NCBI GenBank assembly: GCA_044866005.1
Contig: JBIOTN010000089.1
Location: forward strand, 1-63,510
Direction of reading: 5' to 3'
Length of the DNA stretch: 63,510 nucleotides
Origin: Candidatus Rokuibacteriota bacterium
GTDB taxonomy: Bacteria; Methylomirabilota; Methylomirabilia; Rokubacteriales; DASRDR01
Part shown: piece by piece, positions 29,732-39,027 of the stretch
How the letters are laid out: each line of letters opens with the position of its first letter
Numbering within the stretch: the first letter of the stretch is position 1
Made by a program: the position numbers and the translations under genes
Notes under the pieces: generated by a model
What the model saw: the letters and a program-made list of their open reading frames with translations, nothing else
Told to the model about the DNA's origin: nothing
Databases searched by the model: none

Positions 29732-29947
29732 CTGGTGCCATCCACACATGGGCCGAGTCGGCTCTCGGTCAGTCCTCCCTGAGAGCCTCTTTGGGCTCTC
29801 AGACCGGGTCGGCGCAAGCCCGCTGCCGACAATGCGGCCGTTCATCCTCCACACGGAGATCCGTTCGTTCGCCGCGGAAGCTCGACTTGTCGGCGGGCAC
29901 GCGTCTTGGGCGGCGTAGCCCGTCGGGTCGAGGTCCCAGGAGGAAAG

Positions 29948-31255
29948 ATGCATCGACGACCGATCGTCATGACCGTGCTCTCGCTGCTCCTTGTCCCCTC
30001 GATCAGCGGTGCCGCAACGCTGACGATCCGCACCTTCATCCAGGATCCGGACGGCACGAGCGCCAGCGGCTCACTTGTCGCCGCCACGGTCTGCTACGGC
30101 ACGGCCGACGGAGCGAAGGTGGATCGCGCAACGACCAACAACAGCGGAGTGGCATCGTTCAGTGACGTCCCGCAGGGAAACCTGACGGTACACGCCTTCA
30201 AGAGCGGTTTTATCGCAAAGAGCTTGACGTTCTTCATGCCGGGAGCCGACACGTTTCAACCGATCGCACTCCCGCAAGGCGCCGACGCCGATCTCGTGTG
30301 CCCGGCGGCTTCGGCGGAAGGGCAGATCCGCACGCAGCAGGTGACCGGACCGATCCAGATCACCTCGTTCAGGATCAACAACGGCGCCGAATCCACGACC
30401 AGCCGCACGGTGACCTTGAATTTCACCACCGGTCCTCAAAACAGCGGTGACCCCAACCCGGCGCCACAGTTCTTTCGCGCGGCGGAACCGGAGGAGGGAC
30501 TGGGCCTGATCCAGACGCTGTTGCAGAAACCCTTTCTCCCCTTGACCTCGACGACGTCGGCACCGTTCACGCTGGCGTTCAGGCGGGCGCAGGATGGGGT
30601 GCGATACGGTGGTCGTCCCGTCTTGCTGCAGGTGAAGTCCGGCGCGAACCTTTCACACTACGTCATGGATACCATCCGAGTCGATCCGATACTGCAGGAC
30701 TACACCATCGGCCATGCCGAGGCGTTCCAGTTCGCGCGCAGCCAGGGGTATGCAGTCGGGGAAACCCTGGCCATCACCGATGGCGTCCCCACGGGGGTGG
30801 ACCCGACAACGGGCGTGCAAGCTCCGATCTGCAATGCGTGCGCGGCTGGCGGGCTGTTCCAGGCGCCGGACAGATCCTGTACCTTTACCAGGACCATCAT
30901 CTTCTTTACCGGAAACGAGCTGAAACCGTTCTGGCGCCTGAAGCAGGTCGCTCCGGATCGGGGTACCGCTCTCCCGATCGCACCGAACGTCTTCCGGTGG
31001 ATATTCAGCCTCACCATCCCACCTGACCCGAGTATCCAGACAGGGCTCGTCTGCACCCAGTTCATCGGCGGCGTCTGCGTGGAGGTCGCCGGAAAGTGTC
31101 TCACCGGAGAGCCCGTGCCGCCCGAGGCGACACTGACCTTCGAAGGACCGACGGAAGACGAGGTTCGATTCGTCGATCCATCGAACCCCTGGAAGAACGC
31201 CTTCGCCAGGCCGGGTCTTCTGGGCCCCATCCTCCTGCCCGGCCCTTCCCGATAG
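29948..31255 (+). CDS. Exported protein with carboxypeptidase-regulatory-like/Ig-like domains; lower GC
   Basis: Signal peptide, TTNNSGVASFSDVPQG, INNGAESTTSRTVTL; more A/T-ending codons than neighbours. Confidence 0.75.
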   Translation: MHRRPIVMTVLSLLLVPSISGAATLTIRTFIQDPDGTSASGSLVAATVCYGTADGAKVDRATTNNSGVASFSDVPQGNLTVHAFKSGFIAKSLTFFMPGADTFQPIALPQGADADLVCPAASAEGQIRTQQVTGPIQITSFRINNGAESTTSRTVTLNFTTGPQNSGDPNPAPQFFRAAEPEEGLGLIQTLLQKPFLPLTSTTSAPFTLAFRRAQDGVRYGGRPVLLQVKSGANLSHYVMDTIRVDPILQDYTIGHAEAFQFARSQGYAVGETLAITDGVPTGVDPTTGVQAPICNACAAGGLFQAPDRSCTFTRTIIFFTGNELKPFWRLKQVAPDRGTALPIAPNVFRWIFSLTIPPDPSIQTGLVCTQFIGGVCVEVAGKCLTGEPVPPEATLTFEGPTEDEVRFVDPSNPWKNAFARPGLLGPILLPGPSR

Positions 31256-31313
31256 GGCGCACGGGGTCGGTAGCCCCGCGCGTGCCTGCTCGGGCGCCAC
31301 GCCACACAGCCAG

Positions 31314-31646
31314 GTGGGAGGAGTGGGAGAGCCCGAGGTCCTCTACCTCACCACGACCGGCCGCCGGAGCGGCCGGCCGCGCGAGATCGAGATCTGGTTC
31401 ACCCGGCGCGAGGGCCGCGACTACGTCATCGCCGAGCACGGTCGGGCCGCGCAGTGGGTCCAGAACCTGCTCGCCGACCCACGGGTCTCGTGGCGGGTCG
31501 GCGCCGCCCGCTTCGCGGGCCGGGCTCGCGTCGTGGACCCGGCCGCGGAGCCCGCCCTCGCGCGGACGGTCCAGGCAGGCTCGCGCGAGAAGTACGGCTG
31601 GGGTGACGGGCTCGTGGTGGAGCTGAGCCCGGCGCCCCTCGACTGA
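31314..31646 (+). CDS. Deazaflavin (F420)-dependent nitroreductase family (DUF385-like)
   Basis: LYLTTTGRRSGRPREIEIWF, WVQNLLADPRV. Confidence 0.85.
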   Translation: MGGVGEPEVLYLTTTGRRSGRPREIEIWFTRREGRDYVIAEHGRAAQWVQNLLADPRVSWRVGAARFAGRARVVDPAAEPALARTVQAGSREKYGWGDGLVVELSPAPLD

Positions 31647-31670
31647 ACGCCGACTCACCGCGCGGCCGCC

Positions 31671-31718
31671 CCGCCGCCGTCTGCTCCGCCGCCGTCTGTT
31701 GCCCCGTCGCCGTCTTGA
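31671..31718. repeat. Three tandem ~15-nt repeats running into a -35 box
   Basis: CCGCCGCCGTCTGCT / CCGCCGCCGTCTGTT / CCGTCGCCGTCTTGA. Confidence 0.7.
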
Positions 31719-31789
31719 CGCGCCCCCGGGCCCATGCTACCCGGGGAAGGGCTGTCGTCCTCATCATCCTCACCAACGGGAGGTCAGGC

Positions 31790-32407
31790 ATGAAGCGAGT
31801 CGTGGTCCTCGGAAGCGTGATGGCCGTCGGGCTCCTGGCTCTCGCCACCCCTGCAGGGGCGCAGGCTCAGGCGCCCGCCGCGCCGAAGGCAGGCGAGGTC
31901 AAGAAGGCGGAGCCCGCCAAGCCGGCCGCCCGGACCAAGGAGTGGAAGATCCAGAACGCCCTCTCCGCCGCGCCGCGCGCGATCGCGAAGGACGCGACGG
32001 TCATGGACCACCCGGAAAAGGAAGGGGGCGAGCTCGTCCTGCTCCGGAAAGGGACCAACGAGTGGACGTGTCTCCCGGATGACCCCCACACGCCCGGCAA
32101 CGACCCGATGTGCCTGGACAAGAACGCGGTGGTCTGGGCCCAGGCGTGGATGGGCAAGAAGGAGCCGAAGCTCAGCGGCCCGGGCATCGGCTACATGCTC
32201 CAGGGCGGGAGCGACGCCAGCAACACCGACCCCTTCGCAAAGCAGCCGAAGGCGGGCGAGAAGTGGGTGCCGGCGCCCCCGCACGTCATGGTCTTCCCGA
32301 CCGGCAAGCTCGACGCGCAGGTCTACGGGACCGATCACCGGTCCGGCCGGCCGTGGGTCATGTGGGCCGGCACGCCCTACGAGCACCTGATGGTCCCGGT
32401 CAGGTAG
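31790..32407 (+). CDS. Conserved exported hypothetical protein
   Basis: Signal peptide; ALSAAP, GTNEWTCLP..PMCLD, YMLQGG..SNTDP, PPHVM. Confidence 0.85.
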   Translation: MKRVVVLGSVMAVGLLALATPAGAQAQAPAAPKAGEVKKAEPAKPAARTKEWKIQNALSAAPRAIAKDATVMDHPEKEGGELVLLRKGTNEWTCLPDDPHTPGNDPMCLDKNAVVWAQAWMGKKEPKLSGPGIGYMLQGGSDASNTDPFAKQPKAGEKWVPAPPHVMVFPTGKLDAQVYGTDHRSGRPWVMWAGTPYEHLMVPVR

Positions 32408-32423
32408 CGCCGGGCCGACACGC

Positions 32424-32520
32424 GTCGCATCCCTTCGTCCTCGGGCCGCGCCCATCCTCGACGTACAACCGCGTACGCCTGCGGTGGGCGCGGCCCTGCG
32501 TCCTGGGGCTGCCCGCGACT
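32424..32520. repeat. Structured palindromic element (MITE/REP-like or ncRNA)
   Basis: 12-bp stem GGGCCGCGCCCA/TGGGCGCGGCCC enclosing an internal loop and inner CGTAC/GTACG stem. Confidence 0.5.
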
Positions 32521-32629
32521 CGACCCGGGGCGGTGAGTAGCGCGGCGGTCCGGGCGCGGCGGCCGCGGCGCGCCCGGCGCGGCCGGTCGCTTGACTTCGC
32601 GCCGCGCATCCCCGACCCTGGCAAGGACG

Positions 32630-33538
32630 ATGGCGATCCTCCTGGCGCCCGCCGGAAACCCCGACGCCCTCGACGCCGCGCTCACCGCGGGCGCCGACGC
32701 GGTCTACGTCGGGCTCAAGGGCTGGAGCCGGGGCGGCGCGCGGGGCGAGCTCGACTGGGAGGAGCTCGGACAGGCCGCGCGGCGGACCGCGGCGCTCGGC
32801 CGCGAGCTTCAAGTCGCGCTCAACACGATCCCGAGGCCGCGGGAGCGCGCCGCCCTCTTCGAGGCGATCCCGCGGCTCCTCGCGCTCGGGATCCGGGCCC
32901 TCATCGTGAACGACGCCGGCATCCTGGCCGCGCTCCACCATCGCTTCCCCGATCTCCGCCTGACGGCGAGCATCGGCTGCGGGGCGCAGAGCGCGCCCGA
33001 CGTCGCCTTCTTCCGGGAGATCGGCGCCGCCGCGGTCGTCCTCCCGGGGACGCTCGACCCGGGCGAGGCGGCGGCATGCGTCGCGGTCGGGGGCGTCACG
33101 ATCGAGGTGATGCTCCACATGGTCGAGGAGTACGTGCTCCTGGGGCGTTGCTGGATGCCGAGCTACGTCCACCTTCGCCCGACCGCGATGCCCGGCGGCC
33201 TGCCCGACGCCATGCGGCAGACAGGCAGCATGAAGCGGGGCGGCGTCGGGGCGTGCTTCAAGATCTGCCAGCAGCCGTGGGCGGTCGAGGACCGCGACGG
33301 CCGGCAGGCGACCCAGCTCTTCCCCAGCCGGCAGCTCTCGCGCCTCGAGGACGTCCCGGGCTATCTCGCCGCCGGCGTCGGCGTGCTGAAGCTCCAGGGC
33401 CGGAGCCTGCCCGCGTCCCTCCTCGGTCCGCTGGTCGCGCGGTACCGTCGCGCGATCGACGCCGCGCGGGCCGGCGCGCCGCCACCCCCGGCGCCGGCGC
33501 CGGAGCTGCCGTCCCAGTGGACGGTCGTGGGCCGATAG
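32630..33538 (+). CDS. Peptidase U32 family Fe-S protein (UbiU-like, divergent)
   Basis: LLAPAG, GADAVYVG, VALN, GRC, GACFKIC, LKLQGR. Confidence 0.85.
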   Translation: MAILLAPAGNPDALDAALTAGADAVYVGLKGWSRGGARGELDWEELGQAARRTAALGRELQVALNTIPRPRERAALFEAIPRLLALGIRALIVNDAGILAALHHRFPDLRLTASIGCGAQSAPDVAFFREIGAAAVVLPGTLDPGEAAACVAVGGVTIEVMLHMVEEYVLLGRCWMPSYVHLRPTAMPGGLPDAMRQTGSMKRGGVGACFKICQQPWAVEDRDGRQATQLFPSRQLSRLEDVPGYLAAGVGVLKLQGRSLPASLLGPLVARYRRAIDAARAGAPPPPAPAPELPSQWTVVGR

Positions 33539-33549
33539 GGCCGGGGCCG

Positions 33550-34515
33550 ATGCGCCCCGCGGCGGCGGCCTTCGAGCTGACGACGTCCCTCGCGAGCCTC
33601 CGGCAGCTCGCCGACTCCGATCTCGGGCCGTACGACGCCGTCTACCTCGGCGGGATCTATTGCCGACTCTACGAGGGGAACCTCCTCGAGCGGCCCGCCG
33701 ATCTCCGCGAGGCGATCCGGCGGGTCCGGAATCAGGGCAAGCGCGCCTATCTCACGACGTACGCGGCCGTGCGCCAGGAGGTCATGCCCGCCCTCCGCGA
33801 GGCCATCGCGGTGGCCGCGGCCGAGGGAGCGGCGGCGGTCGAGGTCCACAGCCTGGGGCTGCTCAAGGTCGCTCGCGACGAGGTCCCGGAGCTTCCGCGC
33901 CACGCCGGGAACTTCGCCAACGTCTACACCGACGCGGGCGTGGAGGTCCTGAAGGGCTTCGGCGTCGCCCGCATCACGCCGAACTACGAGCTGACGCTCG
34001 ACGAGATCGACGCCCTGAGGCGCGACGCGGAGATCCCGATGGAGCTGGTCGTCCACGGGAAGCTCCCGCTCGGCGTCTCCGAGACCTGCTCGCTCCTCGA
34101 CCACGAGGCGCGGTGGGGCGTCCGGTGCCCCGACCTCTGCCAGCAGGACGTCTTCCTCCGGCGGGAGGACTGGGCGCTCAAGTCCGTGGGCAAGGGCATC
34201 CTGAGCGGCCGGGACGTCTGCATGCTCGAGCACCTGCCACGCCTGGTCGCGGCCGGTCACAGGGCTTTCCGGATCGAGAGTGCCTCGGAGAGCCCGGCCT
34301 ATCGCCGCGAGATCGGGGTCGTTTACCGTCAGGCGCTGGGACGCGCGCTCGCGGGCGAGCCCGGCGGCGAGCCGCGGTGGTGGGAGACGATCCGGCGCCA
34401 CGCGCGGCTGGGACTCTGTAACGGCTTCTACTTCGGGCGGAGTGGGATGACGTACGTCGGCGCCGCGGCGGAGCCGGAGCCTGCCACGACGGCTGCCGAC
34501 GGCCTCGCCCCATGA
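33550..34515 (+). CDS. Peptidase U32 family Fe-S protein (UbiV-like)
   Basis: DAVYLGGIYC, HGKLPLGVSETC, CPDLC, CNGFYFG. Confidence 0.85.
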   Translation: MRPAAAAFELTTSLASLRQLADSDLGPYDAVYLGGIYCRLYEGNLLERPADLREAIRRVRNQGKRAYLTTYAAVRQEVMPALREAIAVAAAEGAAAVEVHSLGLLKVARDEVPELPRHAGNFANVYTDAGVEVLKGFGVARITPNYELTLDEIDALRRDAEIPMELVVHGKLPLGVSETCSLLDHEARWGVRCPDLCQQDVFLRREDWALKSVGKGILSGRDVCMLEHLPRLVAAGHRAFRIESASESPAYRREIGVVYRQALGRALAGEPGGEPRWWETIRRHARLGLCNGFYFGRSGMTYVGAAAEPEPATTAADGLAP

Positions 34516-35513
34516 AGGTCGCGACCTGGCGAGGCGGCGCCGAGTTCACGATCGACGAGGTCCCCGAGCCGGCGCCCGGGCCGGGCGAGGCCCTGGTCGC
34601 CGTCCACACGGCCGGCATCTGCGGCAGCGACGTCCACGCCACCCAGGGCCTCTTCCCCGCGACCCCGCCCCGGGTGCTGGGCCACGAGTACAGCGGGGTC
34701 GTGGTGCGCGCGGGCCCGGGCGTGGGCGGCCGCCTCGTCGGACGCGCCGTGGCGTGCGAGCCGAACTACGGCTGCGGGACGTGCCCCGACTGCCGCGGCG
34801 GACGCGTGAGCCAGTGCGCGCGGTGCACGCGGGTCGGCGGCTTCGCCGAGCGCGTCGTCTTGCCGGCGAAGAGCGTGCACGTCCTGCCGTCCGGGCTCGA
34901 CCCGGCGACCGCCGCGCTGGCCGAGCCCGCAGCCTGCTGCCTCGCGGGCCTCGAGATGGTGCGGATCCCCCGCGGCGCGACGGTGCTGGTCCTCGGCGGG
35001 GGCGTCATCGGGCTCCTCACGCTCGCGCTCGCGCGGGTCCGCGGGGCGACGAGGCTCCTGCTCTCCGATCCCCTGGCCGCCCGGCGAGAGGTGGCGCGGC
35101 GGCTGGGCGCCGATGTCGTCATCGACCCCACGCGCGAGGACGTCGGCCAGGTCGTCTCCGAGCTGACCGGCGGCCGCGGCGTGGACCTGGCGTGCGAGGC
35201 GGTCGGCAAGCCCGACCTCGTGGCGCTGGCCGTCGCGGTGACGCGGCCGCGCGGCGTCGTCCAGCTCGTCGGGGTGAACCCGGGCGGCAGCCGGCTCGGC
35301 GTGGACCTCTACGACCTCCACTGGCGCGAGCTGACGATCCAGGGCGCCTACGGCCGCGGCACGGCGTTCCGGCGCGCGCTCGCACTGCTGCCGCGCCTTC
35401 CGGTCGCCGAGCTCGTCACGGCGCGCTTCGCGCTCGAGCGGATCCGCGAAGCCTTCGCGCACGCCGCCGCCGGGGAGGGCATCAAGACCGTCGTCACGCC
35501 CGGCAAGGCGTGA
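34512..35513 (+). CDS. Zn-dependent medium-chain alcohol dehydrogenase
   Basis: GICGSD, GHE, CGTCPDC..C, GGGVIG; ATGA overlap. Confidence 0.93.
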   Translation: MKVATWRGGAEFTIDEVPEPAPGPGEALVAVHTAGICGSDVHATQGLFPATPPRVLGHEYSGVVVRAGPGVGGRLVGRAVACEPNYGCGTCPDCRGGRVSQCARCTRVGGFAERVVLPAKSVHVLPSGLDPATAALAEPAACCLAGLEMVRIPRGATVLVLGGGVIGLLTLALARVRGATRLLLSDPLAARREVARRLGADVVIDPTREDVGQVVSELTGGRGVDLACEAVGKPDLVALAVAVTRPRGVVQLVGVNPGGSRLGVDLYDLHWRELTIQGAYGRGTAFRRALALLPRLPVAELVTARFALERIREAFAHAAAGEGIKTVVTPGKA

Positions 35514-35603
35514 GGCCGGCTCGGGGCGGGTGGGCCGCGGGCCCGGGCCCGCGCGCGCGAGGCGGGTCAGGCGCGGGGGGGACGCGCGAGAGCCGTGGTG
35601 GCC

Positions 35604-36803
35604 TCACGAGGCCTGGGCGTCACTGAAGGGTGCCTCGCGGTCCAGGCGGTCGAGCAGCGTGTGGAGAAGCTCCCCGAACGCTTCCCGCTGCGCGGCCGGG
35701 ACGGGCTCACCGGGCACGAACGACTCCCCGAGCGGGTTCACCGGCCGGCCGTCCTTGAAGACGCGGTAGTCGAGGTGCGGCCCGGTGGCGAGCCCCGTCG
35801 CGCCGACCCGGGCCACGACCTGGCGCTGCCGGACGCGCTCCCCCGGCTTGACCTCCACGCGGGAGAGGTGGTTGTACATCGTCTGGTAGCCGTGGCCGTG
35901 GCGGAGCGTGAGGCTGATGCCGTTCCCCCCGCGCCAGCCGGCGTAGACGACCACCCCGTCGGCGACCGCGCGGACCGGCGTCCCCGCCGGCGCCCCGTAG
36001 TCGATGGCGAGGTGCGGGCGGACGCCGCCCAGGATCGGATGGACGCGGGCGTGGGAGTAGCCCGACGTGATGCGCGTGAAGTCGAGCGGCGCGCGGAGGA
36101 AGGCCTTGCGGACCGACCGGCCCTCTGCGTCGTAGTGGGCCGTCCGGCCGGCGGCGTCGGCGAACGCCACCGCGGTGACGACGGGCCGCTCGGCGCTCCG
36201 ATACTGGGCGGCGAGGATGTCCCCGTAGCCGAGGAACTCGCCGTCCGCGTACTGCTTCTCGACCAGCAAGCGGAACTGGTCCGAGGGGAGGCAATCCGCC
36301 GCGAAGTCGAAGTCCCACTCGAAGAGGCTCACGAACCGCGCGGTGAGGGCCGGGCTCTCCCCGAGCTCGGCCATGGTCTCGAAGAGCGAGCGCGCCAGGC
36401 GGCCGGTCAGCGGCGCGACGCGCGTCTCGACCGGACGCCCCACCGGCCGCACGCGCCACCCCTCCCCGTCGCGGCGTACCTCGTGGCCGGCAGCGGGCGT
36501 CGCCCAGTAGCTCACGCCGAGGAGCGCGCCGTCGGCCGTCCGCGCCACCTGGATCCGGTCTCCGGGCCGGAGGCGCCGCGTGTTCACCGCGCCGCCCAGC
36601 GCGGCGATGATGGCCGTCGCCTCGGCGCGGGCGACGCCGCCGTGGAGCAGCGCCCGCTCCAGGGTGTCTCCGGGCCGCAGCAGGCTCTCGAGCACGACAG
36701 GCTTCGGCGGGAGAATGACCGGCGCGACCTCGAAGGTCGGCGTCGCGAACCCACCGAGCGCGGGAACGAACGCCGACATCGCGACCAAGAAGCGTCGTCG
36801 CAT
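35604..36803 (-). CDS. M23 family peptidoglycan DD-endopeptidase (MepM-like)
   Basis: HLAIDY, YNHL, GPHLDY. Confidence 0.9.
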   Translation of the reverse strand: MRRRFLVAMSAFVPALGGFATPTFEVAPVILPPKPVVLESLLRPGDTLERALLHGGVARAEATAIIAALGGAVNTRRLRPGDRIQVARTADGALLGVSYWATPAAGHEVRRDGEGWRVRPVGRPVETRVAPLTGRLARSLFETMAELGESPALTARFVSLFEWDFDFAADCLPSDQFRLLVEKQYADGEFLGYGDILAAQYRSAERPVVTAVAFADAAGRTAHYDAEGRSVRKAFLRAPLDFTRITSGYSHARVHPILGGVRPHLAIDYGAPAGTPVRAVADGVVVYAGWRGGNGISLTLRHGHGYQTMYNHLSRVEVKPGERVRQRQVVARVGATGLATGPHLDYRVFKDGRPVNPLGESFVPGEPVPAAQREAFGELLHTLLDRLDREAPFSDAQAS

Positions 36804-36925
36804 CCAGGGCCACGGTACCGCGACGACCCCGATCGCGCCAACCAAATTCCGTCTCTCATCTGGGAGCGTCGCGTCGCCGAACGCCCGGATGTGCGCTCGC
36901 CGACGCTGAGCTATCATGTGAGCCC

Positions 36926-37900
36926 ATGAAGGGCATGATCGTGACGGCGTGGGGCGAACCGTCCGACCTGCGCTACGGGGAACTCCCCGATCCCGAGCCA
37001 GCGGCGGGCGAGGTCGTCGTCGAGGTGCGGGCGATCGGCTGCAACTTTCCGGACATCCTCATGGTCCAGGGGAAATACCAGGTGAAGCCGCCGTTCCCCT
37101 TCAGCCCGGGTCACGAGGTCGCGGGCCTGGTCCGCCAGGTCGGCGCCGGCGTCACGCCACTCCGTCCCGGTCAGCGAGTCCTCGCGATGCTCGGCTGGGG
37201 CGGCTACGCCGAGCGCGTGCTGGCGCCCGCGGCGCGCGTCTTCCCCATCCCCGACGCCATGAGCTTCGAGGAGGCGGCGGCCTTCAGCCTCGTCTACCAG
37301 ACGGCGTACTGCGCGCTCGTCCACCGCGCGGCGATCCGCGCGGGCGAATGGCTCCTCGTCCATGGCGCGGCGGGCGGCGTGGGGCTCGCGGCGGTCCAGC
37401 TCGGCCGCGCGCTCGGCGCGCGCGTCATCGCGACCGCGGGCACGGCGGAGAAGCTCGAGATCGCGCGCCAGTCGGGTGCCGACGCGCTGATCAACTACCG
37501 GACCGAGGCGTGGGTCGACCGCGTCAAGGCGCTCACCGGGGGGGCGGGCGCCGACGTCGTCTACGACCCGGTCGGCGGCGACGTCTTCGACGACTCCACC
37601 CGCTGCCTCGCGTTCGAGGGCCGGCTGCTCGTCATCGGGTTCGCCGGAGGGCGCATCCCCTCGATCGCGGCGAACCGGATCCTGTTGAAGAACGTGAGCG
37701 TCGTCGGCGTCCACTGGGGTCTCTACCAGCAGCGCGACTCGCCGCTCGTGGACGAGTGGATGGCCGCGCTCATGGCCCTCTACGAGAAGCGGCAGATCCG
37801 CCCCGTGATCTTCCGGACCTTTCCGCTCCGGGACGCCGCGCAGGCGCTCCGGACGATCGCCGACCGGGAGAGCCACGGCAAAGTCGTGCTGATCCCCTGA
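36926..37900 (+). CDS. NADPH:quinone oxidoreductase family (zeta-crystallin)
   Basis: NFPD, GKYQ, HGAAGGVG, DPVGG, GKVVL. Confidence 0.93.
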   Translation: MKGMIVTAWGEPSDLRYGELPDPEPAAGEVVVEVRAIGCNFPDILMVQGKYQVKPPFPFSPGHEVAGLVRQVGAGVTPLRPGQRVLAMLGWGGYAERVLAPAARVFPIPDAMSFEEAAAFSLVYQTAYCALVHRAAIRAGEWLLVHGAAGGVGLAAVQLGRALGARVIATAGTAEKLEIARQSGADALINYRTEAWVDRVKALTGGAGADVVYDPVGGDVFDDSTRCLAFEGRLLVIGFAGGRIPSIAANRILLKNVSVVGVHWGLYQQRDSPLVDEWMAALMALYEKRQIRPVIFRTFPLRDAAQALRTIADRESHGKVVLIP

Positions 37901-37915
37901 CGCAAGGAGCGACCC

Positions 37916-38680
37916 GTGAGAGCGAGCGAATTCACCGAGCGGGAGCTGGCCGCCTACCGGCGCGACGGCTTCGTCGCCGTCCGGGGCCTCTTCGACGCCG
38001 CAGAGGCGGCGGCGATGACCGCGTGGACGGACGAGGTCCAGCGCTATCCCGAACTCCCGGACAGGTACATGATCTACGGGGAGCAGAGCCTGACGGAGCC
38101 GGGCCGGCGGCTCATCAACCGGATCGAGAACTTCTACCCCTACCATGGAGGCTTCAAGGCGCTCTTCGACGGCGACAAGCTCCTCGGTCGCGCCGGCGCA
38201 CTGTTCGGCGAGCCGGCCGCGCTCTTCAAGGACAAGATCAACTTCAAGATGCCCGGCGGCGACGGCTTCAAGCCCCACCAGGACCAGCAGGCGGGCTGGT
38301 CGGCGTACGCGCGCCTCTTCGTCACGGCGCTCGTCGCCATCGACGAGGCGACCGTCGAGAACGGCTGCCTCGAGCTCGCGCCGGGACAGCACACGCGGGG
38401 CCTCGTGGGGGCCGAGTGGGCGCCGCTCACCGAGGCCGAGATGGCGGGGATGACGTTCGTCGCGTATCCCGCGCGGCCCGGCGACGTCGTCTTCTTCGAC
38501 TCCTACGTGCCCCACCGCTCCGGGCCCAACCTCACCGATCGCGCGCGACGGGTGCTCTACGTGACGTACAACCGCCTCTCCGAGGGCGACCAGCGCGCAC
38601 GCTACTACGCCGACAAGCGGAAGAGCTACCCGCCCGACTGCGAGCGCGAGCCCGGCAAGAGCTACGTCTACCGGGTCTAG
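37916..38680 (+). CDS. Phytanoyl-CoA dioxygenase family Fe(II)/2OG enzyme (PhnY-like)
   Basis: FKDKINFK..GFKPHQD, FDSYVPHRSGPN, YVTYN. Confidence 0.88.
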   Translation: MRASEFTERELAAYRRDGFVAVRGLFDAAEAAAMTAWTDEVQRYPELPDRYMIYGEQSLTEPGRRLINRIENFYPYHGGFKALFDGDKLLGRAGALFGEPAALFKDKINFKMPGGDGFKPHQDQQAGWSAYARLFVTALVAIDEATVENGCLELAPGQHTRGLVGAEWAPLTEAEMAGMTFVAYPARPGDVVFFDSYVPHRSGPNLTDRARRVLYVTYNRLSEGDQRARYYADKRKSYPPDCEREPGKSYVYRV

Positions 38681-38748
38681 CGGCCGGTGCCACCGCGCCC
38701 GACCTCTGCCGAGATGTCTCACGGCATCGCGATCCCGCGACAGCCCCG

Positions 38749-39027
38749 GTGAACGCGTTCGCCTTTGCCAGCTCGCTCGCCGTCTTGACCGCGGCGGTGT
38801 ACCTGGTCCTGTCGCTGCTCGCGATCGTCTCGCCGGCCACCTTTCAGGTCGTCTTCAATGCCCAGTTCTTCGGGGCTGACGTCGCGTCGCTCCTCCCCAG
38901 GGTCGTCCCCGACGGCGGGTTCGTCCGGACGTTCATCATCCTGGTGGTGACGGCATGGCTCTTCGGGTACGTCTGGGCGTGGTTGTACAACCTGCTCGCC
39001 CGGGCGTTCGGTGGGTCCCGTCCGTGA
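38749..39027 (+). CDS. Small two-TM membrane protein (DUF5676-like)
   Basis: Two hydrophobic helices ending WLYN; GTGA overlap with next gene. Confidence 0.7.
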   Translation: MNAFAFASSLAVLTAAVYLVLSLLAIVSPATFQVVFNAQFFGADVASLLPRVVPDGGFVRTFIILVVTAWLFGYVWAWLYNLLARAFGGSRP

